DNA from: Candidatus Harpocratesius repetitus
GTDB taxonomy: Archaea; Asgardarchaeota; Lokiarchaeia; Sigyniarchaeales; Promethearchaeaceae
Length of the DNA: 32,000 nt
Direction: 5' to 3'
Assembly: GCA_021498095.1 (NCBI GenBank)
Contig: JAIZWK010000001.1
Span: 3,840,001-3,872,000 of the forward strand
Translations under genes and position numbers: made by a program
Shown here: positions 9,918-18,871 of the stretch, piece by piece
How the letters are laid out: every line of letters starts with the position of its first letter
How positions within the stretch are numbered: position 1 is the stretch's first letter
The notes under the pieces: generated by a model
The model's input: the letters and a program-made list of their open reading frames with translations, nothing else
Databases searched by the model: none
Told to the model about the DNA's origin: nothing

Positions 9918-10102
9918 TAAATTAAAACACTATTTTATCTCGTTCACCAACTGCCTTTTGATGAAATTTTCTGCCAAATTGCTAAAATAGTTGAAAAAAA
10001 GTAGGTGTTAATGTTTTGAAAAATTTATTTAGATATTTTGCAAAAATGTAAAACCTTCAAATGCAGAAATAAATTCGTCAAAATTCTAAAGCAAATTTAC
10101 GG

Positions 10103-10119
10103 ATTCGCTTTAAGCGAAT
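10103..10119. promoter_or_regulatory. Perfect palindrome ATTCGCTT-T-AAGCGAAT, candidate operator
   Basis: 8-bp inverted repeat with a 1-nt spacer in the divergent intergenic region. Function is inferred. Confidence 0.45.
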
Positions 10120-10166
10120 TAATACTCTGCAGAATCGTATCTATCGTGAAGTAAATTAACTGTAAC

Positions 10167-10174
10167 TTTAAATA
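10167..10174 (+). promoter_or_regulatory. Archaeal TATA box (TTTAAATA) upstream of RHH-like ORF
   Basis: Consensus TATA box 30 nt upstream of ATG 10205. Confidence 0.45.
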
Positions 10175-10204
10175 GATGTGTTTCATTATTATTAGTGACA
10201 TATC

Positions 10205-10342
10205 ATGACAAAGCACTGTCATATTTTATTGCAAGATGATGATGTTGATTACTGCAAAAAGCATCATATTAGAATATCACCATTAGCTGCTGAATTATTT
10301 TCAGAACGTATCAAAGAATTACGACGAAAAATAGATTCATAA
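10205..10342 (+). CDS. Small ribbon-helix-helix (CopG/CcdA-like) regulator, 45 aa
   Basis: MTKHCHILLQDDDVDYCKKHHIRISPLAAELFSERIKELRRKIDS reads as an alternating beta strand followed by two helices. Hand-translated and not in the ORF track. Confidence 0.6.
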   Translation: MTKHCHILLQDDDVDYCKKHHIRISPLAAELFSERIKELRRKIDS

Positions 10343-10681
10343 ATTACACTCCAACAGGAGAAGAAAATGAATATATCACACCTAATATTGAGCTTCACAC
10401 CTTCTCCTGTTCTTTTTTTCAGCCGATTTTTTTGACTCACACACTTAAAACTCACAATTTTTTAAAATGTATGGATAAAAACTCGAAAAAAGAAAAAGAA
10501 GTGCTTTCGGAGTCTCCCTACTCAGAAAGCAATTGAAATGAACGAAATATAGATATTCTCTATAGTATTATTGCGATTTATCACATTTAAGCTTTCATTA
10601 TTAATCACCCAATAGCTCAAATTGATCATAAATTGTTCATTCTCGATCATCTCTTTCTGTTTTTCACACACAAAAAAAGGA

Positions 10682-11056
10682 ATGAACGAAATGTCGACTC
10701 AAACTCAAACTCACGCATCATATACGTATGCTGAAGAAAAATTAAGTGATATTCTGTTCTATTGCTCGAAAATCCCCACTAATTCAATACGTAAGTTGCC
10801 GTATGATTACCGGGAACATTTACGAGATTATTATCTAACGTTTAGACACAATAACTCGTTGATTGAACGTGCATTAGAAGCTATCCAACCGTTAATAAAC
10901 GAAAATTTTCAATCCGATCTTTATAATGGTTTACAAAAAGCGAAATTTTGGATTGTGAAGCGAAAACCTGAAACTTATGAAATAGATAAGGAATATCGTG
11001 CGTTGAGTTATCTCACACTCGCAATCTCTACTCTAAATATTCAAAATCTTGTGTGA
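10682..11056 (+). CDS. Hypothetical helical protein upstream of primase-helicase
   Basis: Open frame with ATG at 10682 or 10691, co-oriented and tightly packed with the primase operon. Confidence 0.7.
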   Translation: MNEMSTQTQTHASYTYAEEKLSDILFYCSKIPTNSIRKLPYDYREHLRDYYLTFRHNNSLIERALEAIQPLINENFQSDLYNGLQKAKFWIVKRKPETYEIDKEYRALSYLTLAISTLNIQNLV

Positions 11057-11057
11057 A

Positions 11058-11147
11058 ATGAGCAAAACAAGAAATTTTTTCAAACAACAACAACAAAAAC
11101 AGAATCAGTTAAAATTAGAAGCCAAAAATGAAAAAAGTGAAAAATAA
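11058..11147 (+). CDS. 29-aa micro-ORF (MSKTRNFFKQQQQKQNQLKLEAKNEKSEK) coupled to primase start
   Basis: It starts 1 nt after the upstream TGA, and its TAA overlaps the primase ATG (TAATG). Confidence 0.45.
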   Translation: MSKTRNFFKQQQQKQNQLKLEAKNEKSEK

Positions 11148-14100
11148 TGAATAAATTAAAAAAAAAGACTTCTAATAAAACTAATTTGCCTATTTGGGAG
11201 AGCATTAAAGCAAAAATTTCAATCTCTGATTTAGTTACTATTGAGAATGATTCGTTTGAATGTCCATCAGAAGGCAATAAAACAGGAAAATCTTGCGTAT
11301 ATTATCCAGAAACAAAGACATGGTATTGTCACAAATGTAAAAGAGGTGTTGACGTCATTGATTTATATGCAGTTCAAAATAATTGTTCACGCTCTGAAGC
11401 AATTAAAAAAATGGCTGTAGAGTATAAAATCCCTATGACAAATATGAGTAAAGAACAAATCAAAATGAAACAATCCGTGCAGGAAGTTCATGAATTCTTT
11501 ACTCAATTATGTGAAAAACGAATCAAAGAAGCAAAAAAAGGATTTTATTTTGAAAAGGTAATGAAAGATCGAGGATTTACTGAAGAAACAATGATTCAAA
11601 AAAGAATTGGGCTTTTTGATTCTACAGTTAAAGCCAAATTGTATGAAAAATACGGAGATAAAACTGCAATTGTAGAGAATCCTCACCATATTTTGATTGA
11701 AGCTGGTTTTTGTAACCAAAAAGGCAATTTTTCATTTGCAAAAAGAATTGTCTATCCATATCTTGATACAAATAAACGCCCATACTTCTTCATTTATCGT
11801 TTAATAAAAGGTGAGCCAGATTTTGCAGATGATCGGAAATATGTGAAGCAGTACACAAAAAATAGAGATTATATAGACCATAATCTCTTTGGTTTAGATT
11901 CAATTTCTGATAGAGAAATGCGAAAGAAATCTTTGATTATAACTGAAGGAATCACTGATGCAATTTCAGTGATTCAAGCTAAATTCCCCTGCATTTCACC
12001 CGTTACAATTCGATTTCAGAAAAAAGATTTAGAGAAAGTGCCAAAATATTGCAAACGTTTTTCTAAAGTCGTAGTGATCATGGATAATGAAGAAAATGAA
12101 AAAGGTTTAGAAGGTGCAACAGAAGCTGTCGAATTTTTAGTAGAAAATAATATTTCAGCTTATATAGGCATAATTCCAAATCCAGAAAATCTCAAAAAGA
12201 TTGATTTAGATGATTATCTTAAAAAAGGAAAAACAATTGAAGAACAAACAGAGTTATTACAAAAACTCGTAGATTCTGCTCAAGAAGGTAGAGCATTTTT
12301 AGTTTCTCAGCTTAAAACTTTTCCTCTAGGTGAAGTTAGAGATGAGAAGATTGAAAACCTTATTCTAAGTGCTAAATATTCTCCAACTTTTGAGATATAC
12401 AATCGTAAGTTGATCACTAAAGAACTTGGAATAACTGCAGGAGAATATAAGCTTTTTGATAATCGGATTAAAAAGCGAATTAAAGAACAAAAAAAGGCTG
12501 AAAAAGAAGAAAGAGATAGAGAAGCTGCCAAACTGCGAAAATTCATTCTTAATGAACGAATGAATGAAATTGAAGTGCTCAATCAAACAAATGCAATTCA
12601 ATTATCTACTATAGAACAATCTCAAATTGCTGATTTACAAGAACTCCCAGAAGGAAAATCAGAGAAAATAGAAATTCCAAATTGTGAATTTGTCGAGATA
12701 ATTCGTGATAATGCGGTAGAAGTTCGTTTAGAATTAAACAAGGGGATTCAACTCACTCGATTTACGATAATTAAAGAAGAGGTTGTGCCTGACCCTGAAT
12801 GGATCTATAGATGGGATGTGTTTACAATAACCGCAAAATATCTTATTCGATTCCCTAATCGCACCGAATGGCGATATGATTTTCTTATACAACGAGATAG
12901 CATAATCTATAAGCGATCTGATTGCAGTGAGGAAGAGTTAAAAAGTTTTTTGGTTGAAAAATGTAGCCAAATTTCTGGAGTGCGACCTTATTTGAATGCT
13001 GTGCTTCCCAAATATATCGGAGCGAGTTCACTTGATAAAACCGAGTTGTTTTCCGATGTGTTAGGATTTACTATCAAAGGTTGGAAACTCCCTCCCAAAT
13101 ATCTCTTTCGATCTCCCGAAGATTCTATTGCTAAAATTCATAAGAACATGAAAGATCTTATGGAACGAGAATATCATTACGGCTATCCTAAAACGACTCG
13201 AAAATATATTTCTAAGACAGATACTGAAGTTATACGACTATTTGAAAAGGATGGTTATACTCAACAAGGAGAGAATGATTTTAATGAGTTAATTTATGAA
13301 AAACCAATTAAATATGAAGGAGATCCAGAAATTAAAGAGTTAAAATGGGATTATCATAGTGCAACTCAAAAAACGGAAGTATGGGATTCTAAAACTGATA
13401 CATATACTATATGGGAGATTACTGAAACTTTATCAGTGCCTAAAGCTGAAGAAGTTAAACGATATTTTAAAGAGCTCTACAACAACACAGGCATTCAATA
13501 CAAAGATCTTATCTTTGCCTTTGGACTTTATCAACCATTTGGACATGCATTAAAAGCTCATACCAACCTTCAACCAATCTTAACAATGGAAGGATTACCA
13601 GGCGTTGGAAAAAGTGAAGCAACCGATATGATAACTTTAGGTTTCTGGGGGAATCATACACTCTTAGCTATATCAGAATTAGCTTCTCAAAGTCGTGCGA
13701 AAGGATTCTTAGCAAGTTCTACATTTTCGATTGGAATTGATGATGCGGAAGATATGAAAGAATTTTTAAAGGGGATCTTAAAAACACTCACAACTAAAAC
13801 AGTGAATTTCGTTGTTAAAGGAGGTGGAAAAACAAAACAAGAGTATGTTGTAGATAGACCATATTGCTCTATGCTAATCCCCAATTTTAACACACGAGCT
13901 GATATGTTTAAGGAAGATGATGCATTAGGCACTCGAAATATCAATTTGAAGATTACTCAATTAGAAGAAAAATTCAATTGGGGAAAAGTGTATAAATCTA
14001 AACCATCTGGTTATATAGGACGTTATATAATAGAACAAACGAAAAGATGGAATCTTGAGAATCTTGTAGATATTTATGAAAATGCATCTAATACTTTTAT

Positions 14101-14965
14101 TAAAGGGCGATCACGAAAAATTGAAAAAATTTTAGGTGTTGGAAAATGGATCTCTGAAAATCTCTTAGGATTACCTTTAGATATGAAAGATCTGAAATAT
14201 GTAATCACTGAAACAGTTTCTACAAATGCAATGAACATGATAGATTATGTTATCACTATGATTAGAGATGGGCGATATAGATCTTATCATCACCGAAATG
14301 ATAATGGAGAAATTGATTATACTTATTATGATTATAATCATTCACATCATTGGATTAAACATCCAATTTGCGAAGTTTCGTGTAAGATCGATGGGAAAAC
14401 GATGAATGGTTTTGGACTCTCAGCAGATAATATCGCAGATCTTCGTAAACGCCTTGAATTAAAAAAAACATGGGGATTTGAAGAACTTTATTCAAAACTA
14501 CATGCAAAACTCTCAAATGCTGAAATTGGTCGAAAAAATCTTCGATTTTATGATAAAGAAGCTCATGATTGGAAAAAATGGCAACGAAAATGTCTCTTTA
14601 TTTCAACTAAAGATATTGAAGATTTGGGGATAAACTTAGATGGGCAAATCGAAAAAGATGAAACTATTAAAGATGAATCTCTTGATATGTTTACCGATAC
14701 AAAAAAAGAAGAAAGAAAGTCAGCTCAAGGTTTTGGACTAGGTGAACCAATATATAGTGCAGATATATTCGCTATTATCAAAGAATTATATGAGAAAACA
14801 CGTGAACCAATCAATCATTCAGAAATCTTTGTTGAAAGTGTGAATAAACTAAAAATAGCAAAAAGAAAGATGTTTGATAATGCATTGAATTGGTTAGTAA
14901 AGTTTGATTACGTTGGTTTAGAAGAAGATTCAAATAATAATAATAAATTCTATTACCCAATTTAA
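11147..14965 (+). CDS. Fused DnaG-type primase (CHC2-like Zn finger + TOPRIM) / P-loop (SF3/AAA+-like) helicase with C-terminal winged helix
   Basis: CPS...SC...WYCHKCKRGVDVID zinc-binding domain; RIVYPY; TEGITDA and IMDNE (TOPRIM); KIDLDDY; Walker A GLPGVGKS; Walker B IGIDDAE; ALGTR (Arg finger-like); C-terminal wHTH-like segment. Confidence 0.88.
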   Translation: MNKLKKKTSNKTNLPIWESIKAKISISDLVTIENDSFECPSEGNKTGKSCVYYPETKTWYCHKCKRGVDVIDLYAVQNNCSRSEAIKKMAVEYKIPMTNMSKEQIKMKQSVQEVHEFFTQLCEKRIKEAKKGFYFEKVMKDRGFTEETMIQKRIGLFDSTVKAKLYEKYGDKTAIVENPHHILIEAGFCNQKGNFSFAKRIVYPYLDTNKRPYFFIYRLIKGEPDFADDRKYVKQYTKNRDYIDHNLFGLDSISDREMRKKSLIITEGITDAISVIQAKFPCISPVTIRFQKKDLEKVPKYCKRFSKVVVIMDNEENEKGLEGATEAVEFLVENNISAYIGIIPNPENLKKIDLDDYLKKGKTIEEQTELLQKLVDSAQEGRAFLVSQLKTFPLGEVRDEKIENLILSAKYSPTFEIYNRKLITKELGITAGEYKLFDNRIKKRIKEQKKAEKEERDREAAKLRKFILNERMNEIEVLNQTNAIQLSTIEQSQIADLQELPEGKSEKIEIPNCEFVEIIRDNAVEVRLELNKGIQLTRFTIIKEEVVPDPEWIYRWDVFTITAKYLIRFPNRTEWRYDFLIQRDSIIYKRSDCSEEELKSFLVEKCSQISGVRPYLNAVLPKYIGASSLDKTELFSDVLGFTIKGWKLPPKYLFRSPEDSIAKIHKNMKDLMEREYHYGYPKTTRKYISKTDTEVIRLFEKDGYTQQGENDFNELIYEKPIKYEGDPEIKELKWDYHSATQKTEVWDSKTDTYTIWEITETLSVPKAEEVKRYFKELYNNTGIQYKDLIFAFGLYQPFGHALKAHTNLQPILTMEGLPGVGKSEATDMITLGFWGNHTLLAISELASQSRAKGFLASSTFSIGIDDAEDMKEFLKGILKTLTTKTVNFVVKGGGKTKQEYVVDRPYCSMLIPNFNTRADMFKEDDALGTRNINLKITQLEEKFNWGKVYKSKPSGYIGRYIIEQTKRWNLENLVDIYENASNTFIKGRSRKIEKILGVGKWISENLLGLPLDMKDLKYVITETVSTNAMNMIDYVITMIRDGRYRSYHHRNDNGEIDYTYYDYNHSHHWIKHPICEVSCKIDGKTMNGFGLSADNIADLRKRLELKKTWGFEELYSKLHAKLSNAEIGRKNLRFYDKEAHDWKKWQRKCLFISTKDIEDLGINLDGQIEKDETIKDESLDMFTDTKKEERKSAQGFGLGEPIYSADIFAIIKELYEKTREPINHSEIFVESVNKLKIAKRKMFDNALNWLVKFDYVGLEEDSNNNNKFYYPI

Positions 14966-15068
14966 TAAAACCTAATGTTTTTTTTGCTTTTTTAGGTTTA
15001 CACAAACTTTCTAAAACTATGTGCAACTTTTGGGTTATCTATTGCGAGTTAGAAAAATGAAAATTTGT

Positions 15069-15527
15069 GTTGATCTGTTGATCTAATGATCAACGGCAAG
15101 ATACAATCATACAAGTTGTTATAATTGAGATACAAATGAGTGTTGATTGTCCTGTTGATCTTGTTGATCTACTGTTGATCTTGTCAGAATGAAGATCAAC
15201 TCAAATCTATTATGAATTAGCTAATTATTAGAGAGATGAAGTCAAAAATAAATTTTTCGTTGATCTTACTCTGAAACACACCCTATATATATAAAAAAAT
15301 AAAAAAAAATCTATCATATGACAGAAAGGTATATGTAAAAATTTTTTTTCTCTCGTAACGAGGATGTGTTTTTCAGAAGAGATCAACTAGTACTAGTAAC
15401 TAGCTAAATATTATATATTATATAAGAATTAAAGAGCTACAGAGTAGTATCTAAGTAATTTTTCAGTTGATCTTACAGATCAACAGGGGATCAACACAAG
15501 ATCAACAGATCAACTAAATTGATCAAC
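15069..15527. repeat. Dyad-symmetric iteron array (15 GTTGATC/GATCAAC heptamers) flanking an AT-rich core; putative replication origin
   Basis: GTTGATC at 15069, 15077, 15154, 15163, 15174, 15259 and 15466. GATCAAC at 15088, 15194, 15381, 15478, 15489, 15500, 15508 and 15521. AT-rich core at about 15283-15350. Confidence 0.85.
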
Positions 15528-15686
15528 TTCTCAAGTATGTTTAATTTTATCCTTTTACATATTCTGATCTTTCTTACCTCAAAATCCCGAAAAAATTTCC
15601 CAAATCCGACTTTTCTGACCAAAAACATATCATATTTTTCAGAAAATGGCGAAACGCTTAAATAATTGAAGTTCTTTTATTTAACT

Positions 15687-16217
15687 ATGAGTAAACATTT
15701 TGATCCTATTTCTTTTGAATCTTTTTGCGATTATTTTCCCCAATTTCTCAATATAGAGTTTCCACAGGTGGATTTGATACATTTATGGGTAGTTGGAGCA
15801 AGATTCGGGATCGGAAGGTTGCATCTGGAGAAAAAAGATGAGATTTGGCAAATTTGGATGAAAGAATTGATGCTACCATTTTCAGAGCTGAAAGTTTTGC
15901 ATTGGGCTAACTTAACATTTACACAACACGGAAATCTTCCTGAAGTGATAACTCCTGCGGATGAATTTCACAAGATTGTAATTGATGGAGAAAAATTCCA
16001 ATGGCAGAAAGACAAAGATCTTTATGAGTTTTTCAATAAGAAATATAAAAAAGATTTTGAGAATTGGGTCTATAATGCTAGTTTAAGACCTGCTATTAAC
16101 CATTTTTCCAAAGGCAATAATTTATATCTCAATGTTGCAAAGTTGCGAAAAAAAGGGAAAAAAGGTGATCTTGATGAGTCGTTTGAAGAGATCCCATCAA
16201 AATTTATATATTTCTAA
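15687..16217 (+). CDS. Hypothetical protein
   Basis: Open frame with ATG at 15687, preceded by a TTAAATA TATA-like box at about 15658. No recognised motif. Confidence 0.7.
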   Translation: MSKHFDPISFESFCDYFPQFLNIEFPQVDLIHLWVVGARFGIGRLHLEKKDEIWQIWMKELMLPFSELKVLHWANLTFTQHGNLPEVITPADEFHKIVIDGEKFQWQKDKDLYEFFNKKYKKDFENWVYNASLRPAINHFSKGNNLYLNVAKLRKKGKKGDLDESFEEIPSKFIYF

Positions 16218-16465
16218 ATAGTTCCATCTTTCTTTTTGTTTTGTCTTACTCTTCTTGCCCTGATATTCTTGATGAATTCAGCAAATACAAGATCATCATA
16301 TTTATTCTCAAAACAGTCAACACAAAAGTATTCTTTGTTAAATCGTCTTAGTTCATTCGTGATTTCTCCACATTCAGAGCAAATATTCAATGAATATCCT
16401 GAATAAACACCTTCTAATTTAACGACATTTTGTCTTAAACTTTGATTTCCAGTAATGTATGCCAT
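16214..16465 (-). CDS. Small zinc-finger protein
   Basis: CSEC-x15-CVDC with a basic C-terminus; ATG start. Confidence 0.7.
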   Translation of the reverse strand: MAYITGNQSLRQNVVKLEGVYSGYSLNICSECGEITNELRRFNKEYFCVDCFENKYDDLVFAEFIKNIRARRVRQNKKKDGTI

Positions 16466-16559
16466 AATTATTTTTTTTCAAATTTTTCTTTTAAAGAGAA
16501 ATTGGTAAATGATTTTTTAATTTGTTCTTTTAGTAAAAATTAGATTATTCTGAGATTTT

Positions 16560-16612
16560 ATTCGACCAAATTCGACCAAATTCGACCAAATTCGACCAAA
16601 TTCGACAAAATT
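16560..16612. repeat. Tandem 10-bp repeat (ATTCGACCAA)x4 + ATTCGACAAA
   Basis: Directly visible perfect tandem array in a divergent intergenic region. Confidence 0.95.
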
Positions 16613-16681
16613 ATTGATTATTTTGCTTAATTGATTAATAAGAATGCTTTTTTATTTGAATTTGTATTTGATATTTATCTT

Positions 16682-17536
16682 ATGACTGATACTAATGATG
16701 AGGAAACTGAAGAAAAACTTCCCAATTCATCAATTTTGGAATTAATTCAAAAACAAAGTAAAACAATTTCTTCACCTTTATACAAATCTGTCTCTACACT
16801 CCAAGATACTTTTAAAAACATACAAGAAACAATCAAACCTGTTTTTCTAGATCTAAACAAATCAATTAATAACGTTTTCACTTCAAAAACAATACCTCTT
16901 TCTGATTTAAGCAAAATGTGTTCATTAATAAAACCAATCTTTGAATCTTCAAAAATTATCGCTCTTTATTCATCAAATCTTTCCTTCTTATCACCTAATC
17001 CCATTCTTAACGTAAATTATGAATACCATGATGTTTCTGTTGATGTATATGAAAAAGTATTAACGACCTTATCTGAGTTTATTCCCCATTTAGAACGAAT
17101 AGAAGTATCTTTAGAGATGGAAGATTATTCAAATGCACAAATTGAAGATGAAATTCATGAACTTAAGGCGATTGTGAAAAATACCTTAAATAATTCTGAA
17201 ATTATTAAGAAAAATATTAATAAATTAAATGAAAACTTAAATATCTTAAAATGGATGCAATTATTAGTTGGAAAAAAAGATAATATCAAAGATATTGATT
17301 TAATTCAAAATTTTAAAATTACACTCGAAGATTCAGATTTGCCTAGAAAAACAAAAGAACAAGAACTAAGCTCTCTGATGATTGCGTTAAATTACATTTC
17401 GCTTTATAAAGAAGTGTATAAAGAATCGGAATCTAAGAAACTCCTTCAATCTTTGAAAGAATTAGGTTCAAGTATAAAAGATGAATTATTGGTTAAAGGA
17501 TTAGAATACGCAATTCAACTTTTATTATCTCTGTAA
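16682..17536 (+). CDS. Hypothetical alpha-helical/coiled-coil protein
   Basis: Long open frame with probable ATG at 16682. No recognisable catalytic motif. Confidence 0.7.
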   Translation: MTDTNDEETEEKLPNSSILELIQKQSKTISSPLYKSVSTLQDTFKNIQETIKPVFLDLNKSINNVFTSKTIPLSDLSKMCSLIKPIFESSKIIALYSSNLSFLSPNPILNVNYEYHDVSVDVYEKVLTTLSEFIPHLERIEVSLEMEDYSNAQIEDEIHELKAIVKNTLNNSEIIKKNINKLNENLNILKWMQLLVGKKDNIKDIDLIQNFKITLEDSDLPRKTKEQELSSLMIALNYISLYKEVYKESESKKLLQSLKELGSSIKDELLVKGLEYAIQLLLSL

Positions 17537-17555
17537 TTTTCTTAAGTGTTTAACT

Positions 17556-18368
17556 ATGCCAAAACAAAATCCCAAACATAACAAAAGAAAACTTAAAAAC
17601 AATCCTAAACATAACAAGAAGAACATCTTAAACCAATCTATACAAAATGACTTAAGATATAGTGACAATCTTCATTCCCCTTTTGAAAATGATTTATATC
17701 CAATTCTTATTCAACAAAAGATAGATCAATCTGAATATGGGAAAAAACGAATTAGAGATTTATCATATTTAGAATTTAAAAAAGCAACTATCACGTTTAT
17801 TGGAATTCAGAATATCAAAGAAAGTTTATTAAAATTAACTTATGATGTTTATTCTCTGGGGGCAGATACAATGCCCCTTGCAATTATGAATTATTTAACT
17901 TATGATTTCAACAGACAAAGAGAAAAGTGTTTTGCAAAAGATTTTTCTAAATTCGCTAATACAACAAATCCTCCTTACATTGAAGGGTTTACTGAACGAC
18001 AAATTCAAGATTTTTATAGATTTCATAAATTATGTCGTGAAAATAAACATAATTTCACGATATCACAGAAAGCACACATTTTGACCTTAATCCCAACAAA
18101 TTATAGTTCAGGGTCTTTATCACCAGAAGAAGATGAAAATTTCACTTCAATTCTATCTAATTATACTTCTAATAATTTTTGCAGACAATGTAATGATCCT
18201 TTTTGTTGTTTAATAAATCCTATTGAATATCCTAGTGCAAAATGGGGAAATTCTCCAAGTGAAAGAGAATATTGTTTCTTTTTACAAGATCAGAAATGTG
18301 TTGCTTATGATTTTCGTCCTAATGTTTGTCATCAATTTGATTGTTTTAAAACAGCATGTTCGATATGA
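17556..18368 (+). CDS. YkgJ-like cysteine-cluster (CxxCxxCC) protein
   Basis: C-terminal CRQCNDPFCC...CFFLQDQKCVAYDFRPNVCHQFDC. The basic N-terminus carries NPKHNK twice. Confidence 0.8.
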   Translation: MPKQNPKHNKRKLKNNPKHNKKNILNQSIQNDLRYSDNLHSPFENDLYPILIQQKIDQSEYGKKRIRDLSYLEFKKATITFIGIQNIKESLLKLTYDVYSLGADTMPLAIMNYLTYDFNRQREKCFAKDFSKFANTTNPPYIEGFTERQIQDFYRFHKLCRENKHNFTISQKAHILTLIPTNYSSGSLSPEEDENFTSILSNYTSNNFCRQCNDPFCCLINPIEYPSAKWGNSPSEREYCFFLQDQKCVAYDFRPNVCHQFDCFKTACSI

Positions 18369-18865
18369 AATGTTAGATATGGATGCATATCACTTAAAGT
18401 AACTGAACATTTTCTTAGTTTTGAGCGATATACTGCACCCAATGTTTTTCTAATTCGATCTACTGAGTAGTAATCATCTAAAATCGCTAAATATTCATAA
18501 TCTCTTAATGAACGATAGATTCTATTAATTGAAACGTCTGAATAGAGCAAAATATCTTTAGACTTCCGAAAGTTGATTTGGTAAAGTCGTGTGTTCATAA
18601 ACATTATCTCTTGTTTCTTACTCTCATAATGTCCTGTTCCGTGAAAATCATGCAGATAAATTTTTCTTTTTAAAGAATTTAAACGCATTGCGTTTAGATT
18701 CATAGCTGCAATCATAAGTTTAACAGTTGCATCTCTAGCTTCTTCTTTGGAGAAGTAATAAAGAGATAATTCAACGTTTTCTAACGTAAAATCTGATTTT
18801 AGATAGTCTACGTTTAAATTGTGTTCTATTTCATCCATTTCTTGCGTTTTTGTTTTAATTGCCAT
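18332..18865 (-). CDS. Hypothetical protein (third gene of resolvase operon)
   Basis: 177-aa ORF with ATG start, 6 nt downstream of the preceding gene's stop. Confidence 0.7.
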   Translation of the reverse strand: MAIKTKTQEMDEIEHNLNVDYLKSDFTLENVELSLYYFSKEEARDATVKLMIAAMNLNAMRLNSLKRKIYLHDFHGTGHYESKKQEIMFMNTRLYQINFRKSKDILLYSDVSINRIYRSLRDYEYLAILDDYYSVDRIRKTLGAVYRSKLRKCSVTLSDMHPYLTFHIEHAVLKQSN

Positions 18866-18871
18866 TCATCT

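Noticed and set aside
10264-10455. 63-aa minus-strand ORF from the track
   Set aside because: It overlaps the better-supported RHH-like ORF on the opposite strand and has no motif.
13150-13460. Intein within the primase-helicase
   Set aside because: No N-terminal Cys/Ser block, no terminal His-Asn and no LAGLIDADG motifs were seen.
281-14965. Short nested or antisense ORFs in the track (e.g. 505-759, 670-864, 2447-2678, 3293-3517, 4007-4330, 6406-7906 set, 11507-13944 set)
   Set aside because: They are shadows overlapping well-supported genes.
15069-15527. Iteron array as a CRISPR array
   Set aside because: The units are 7 bp, irregularly spaced and in both orientations, with no unique 30-40 bp spacers.
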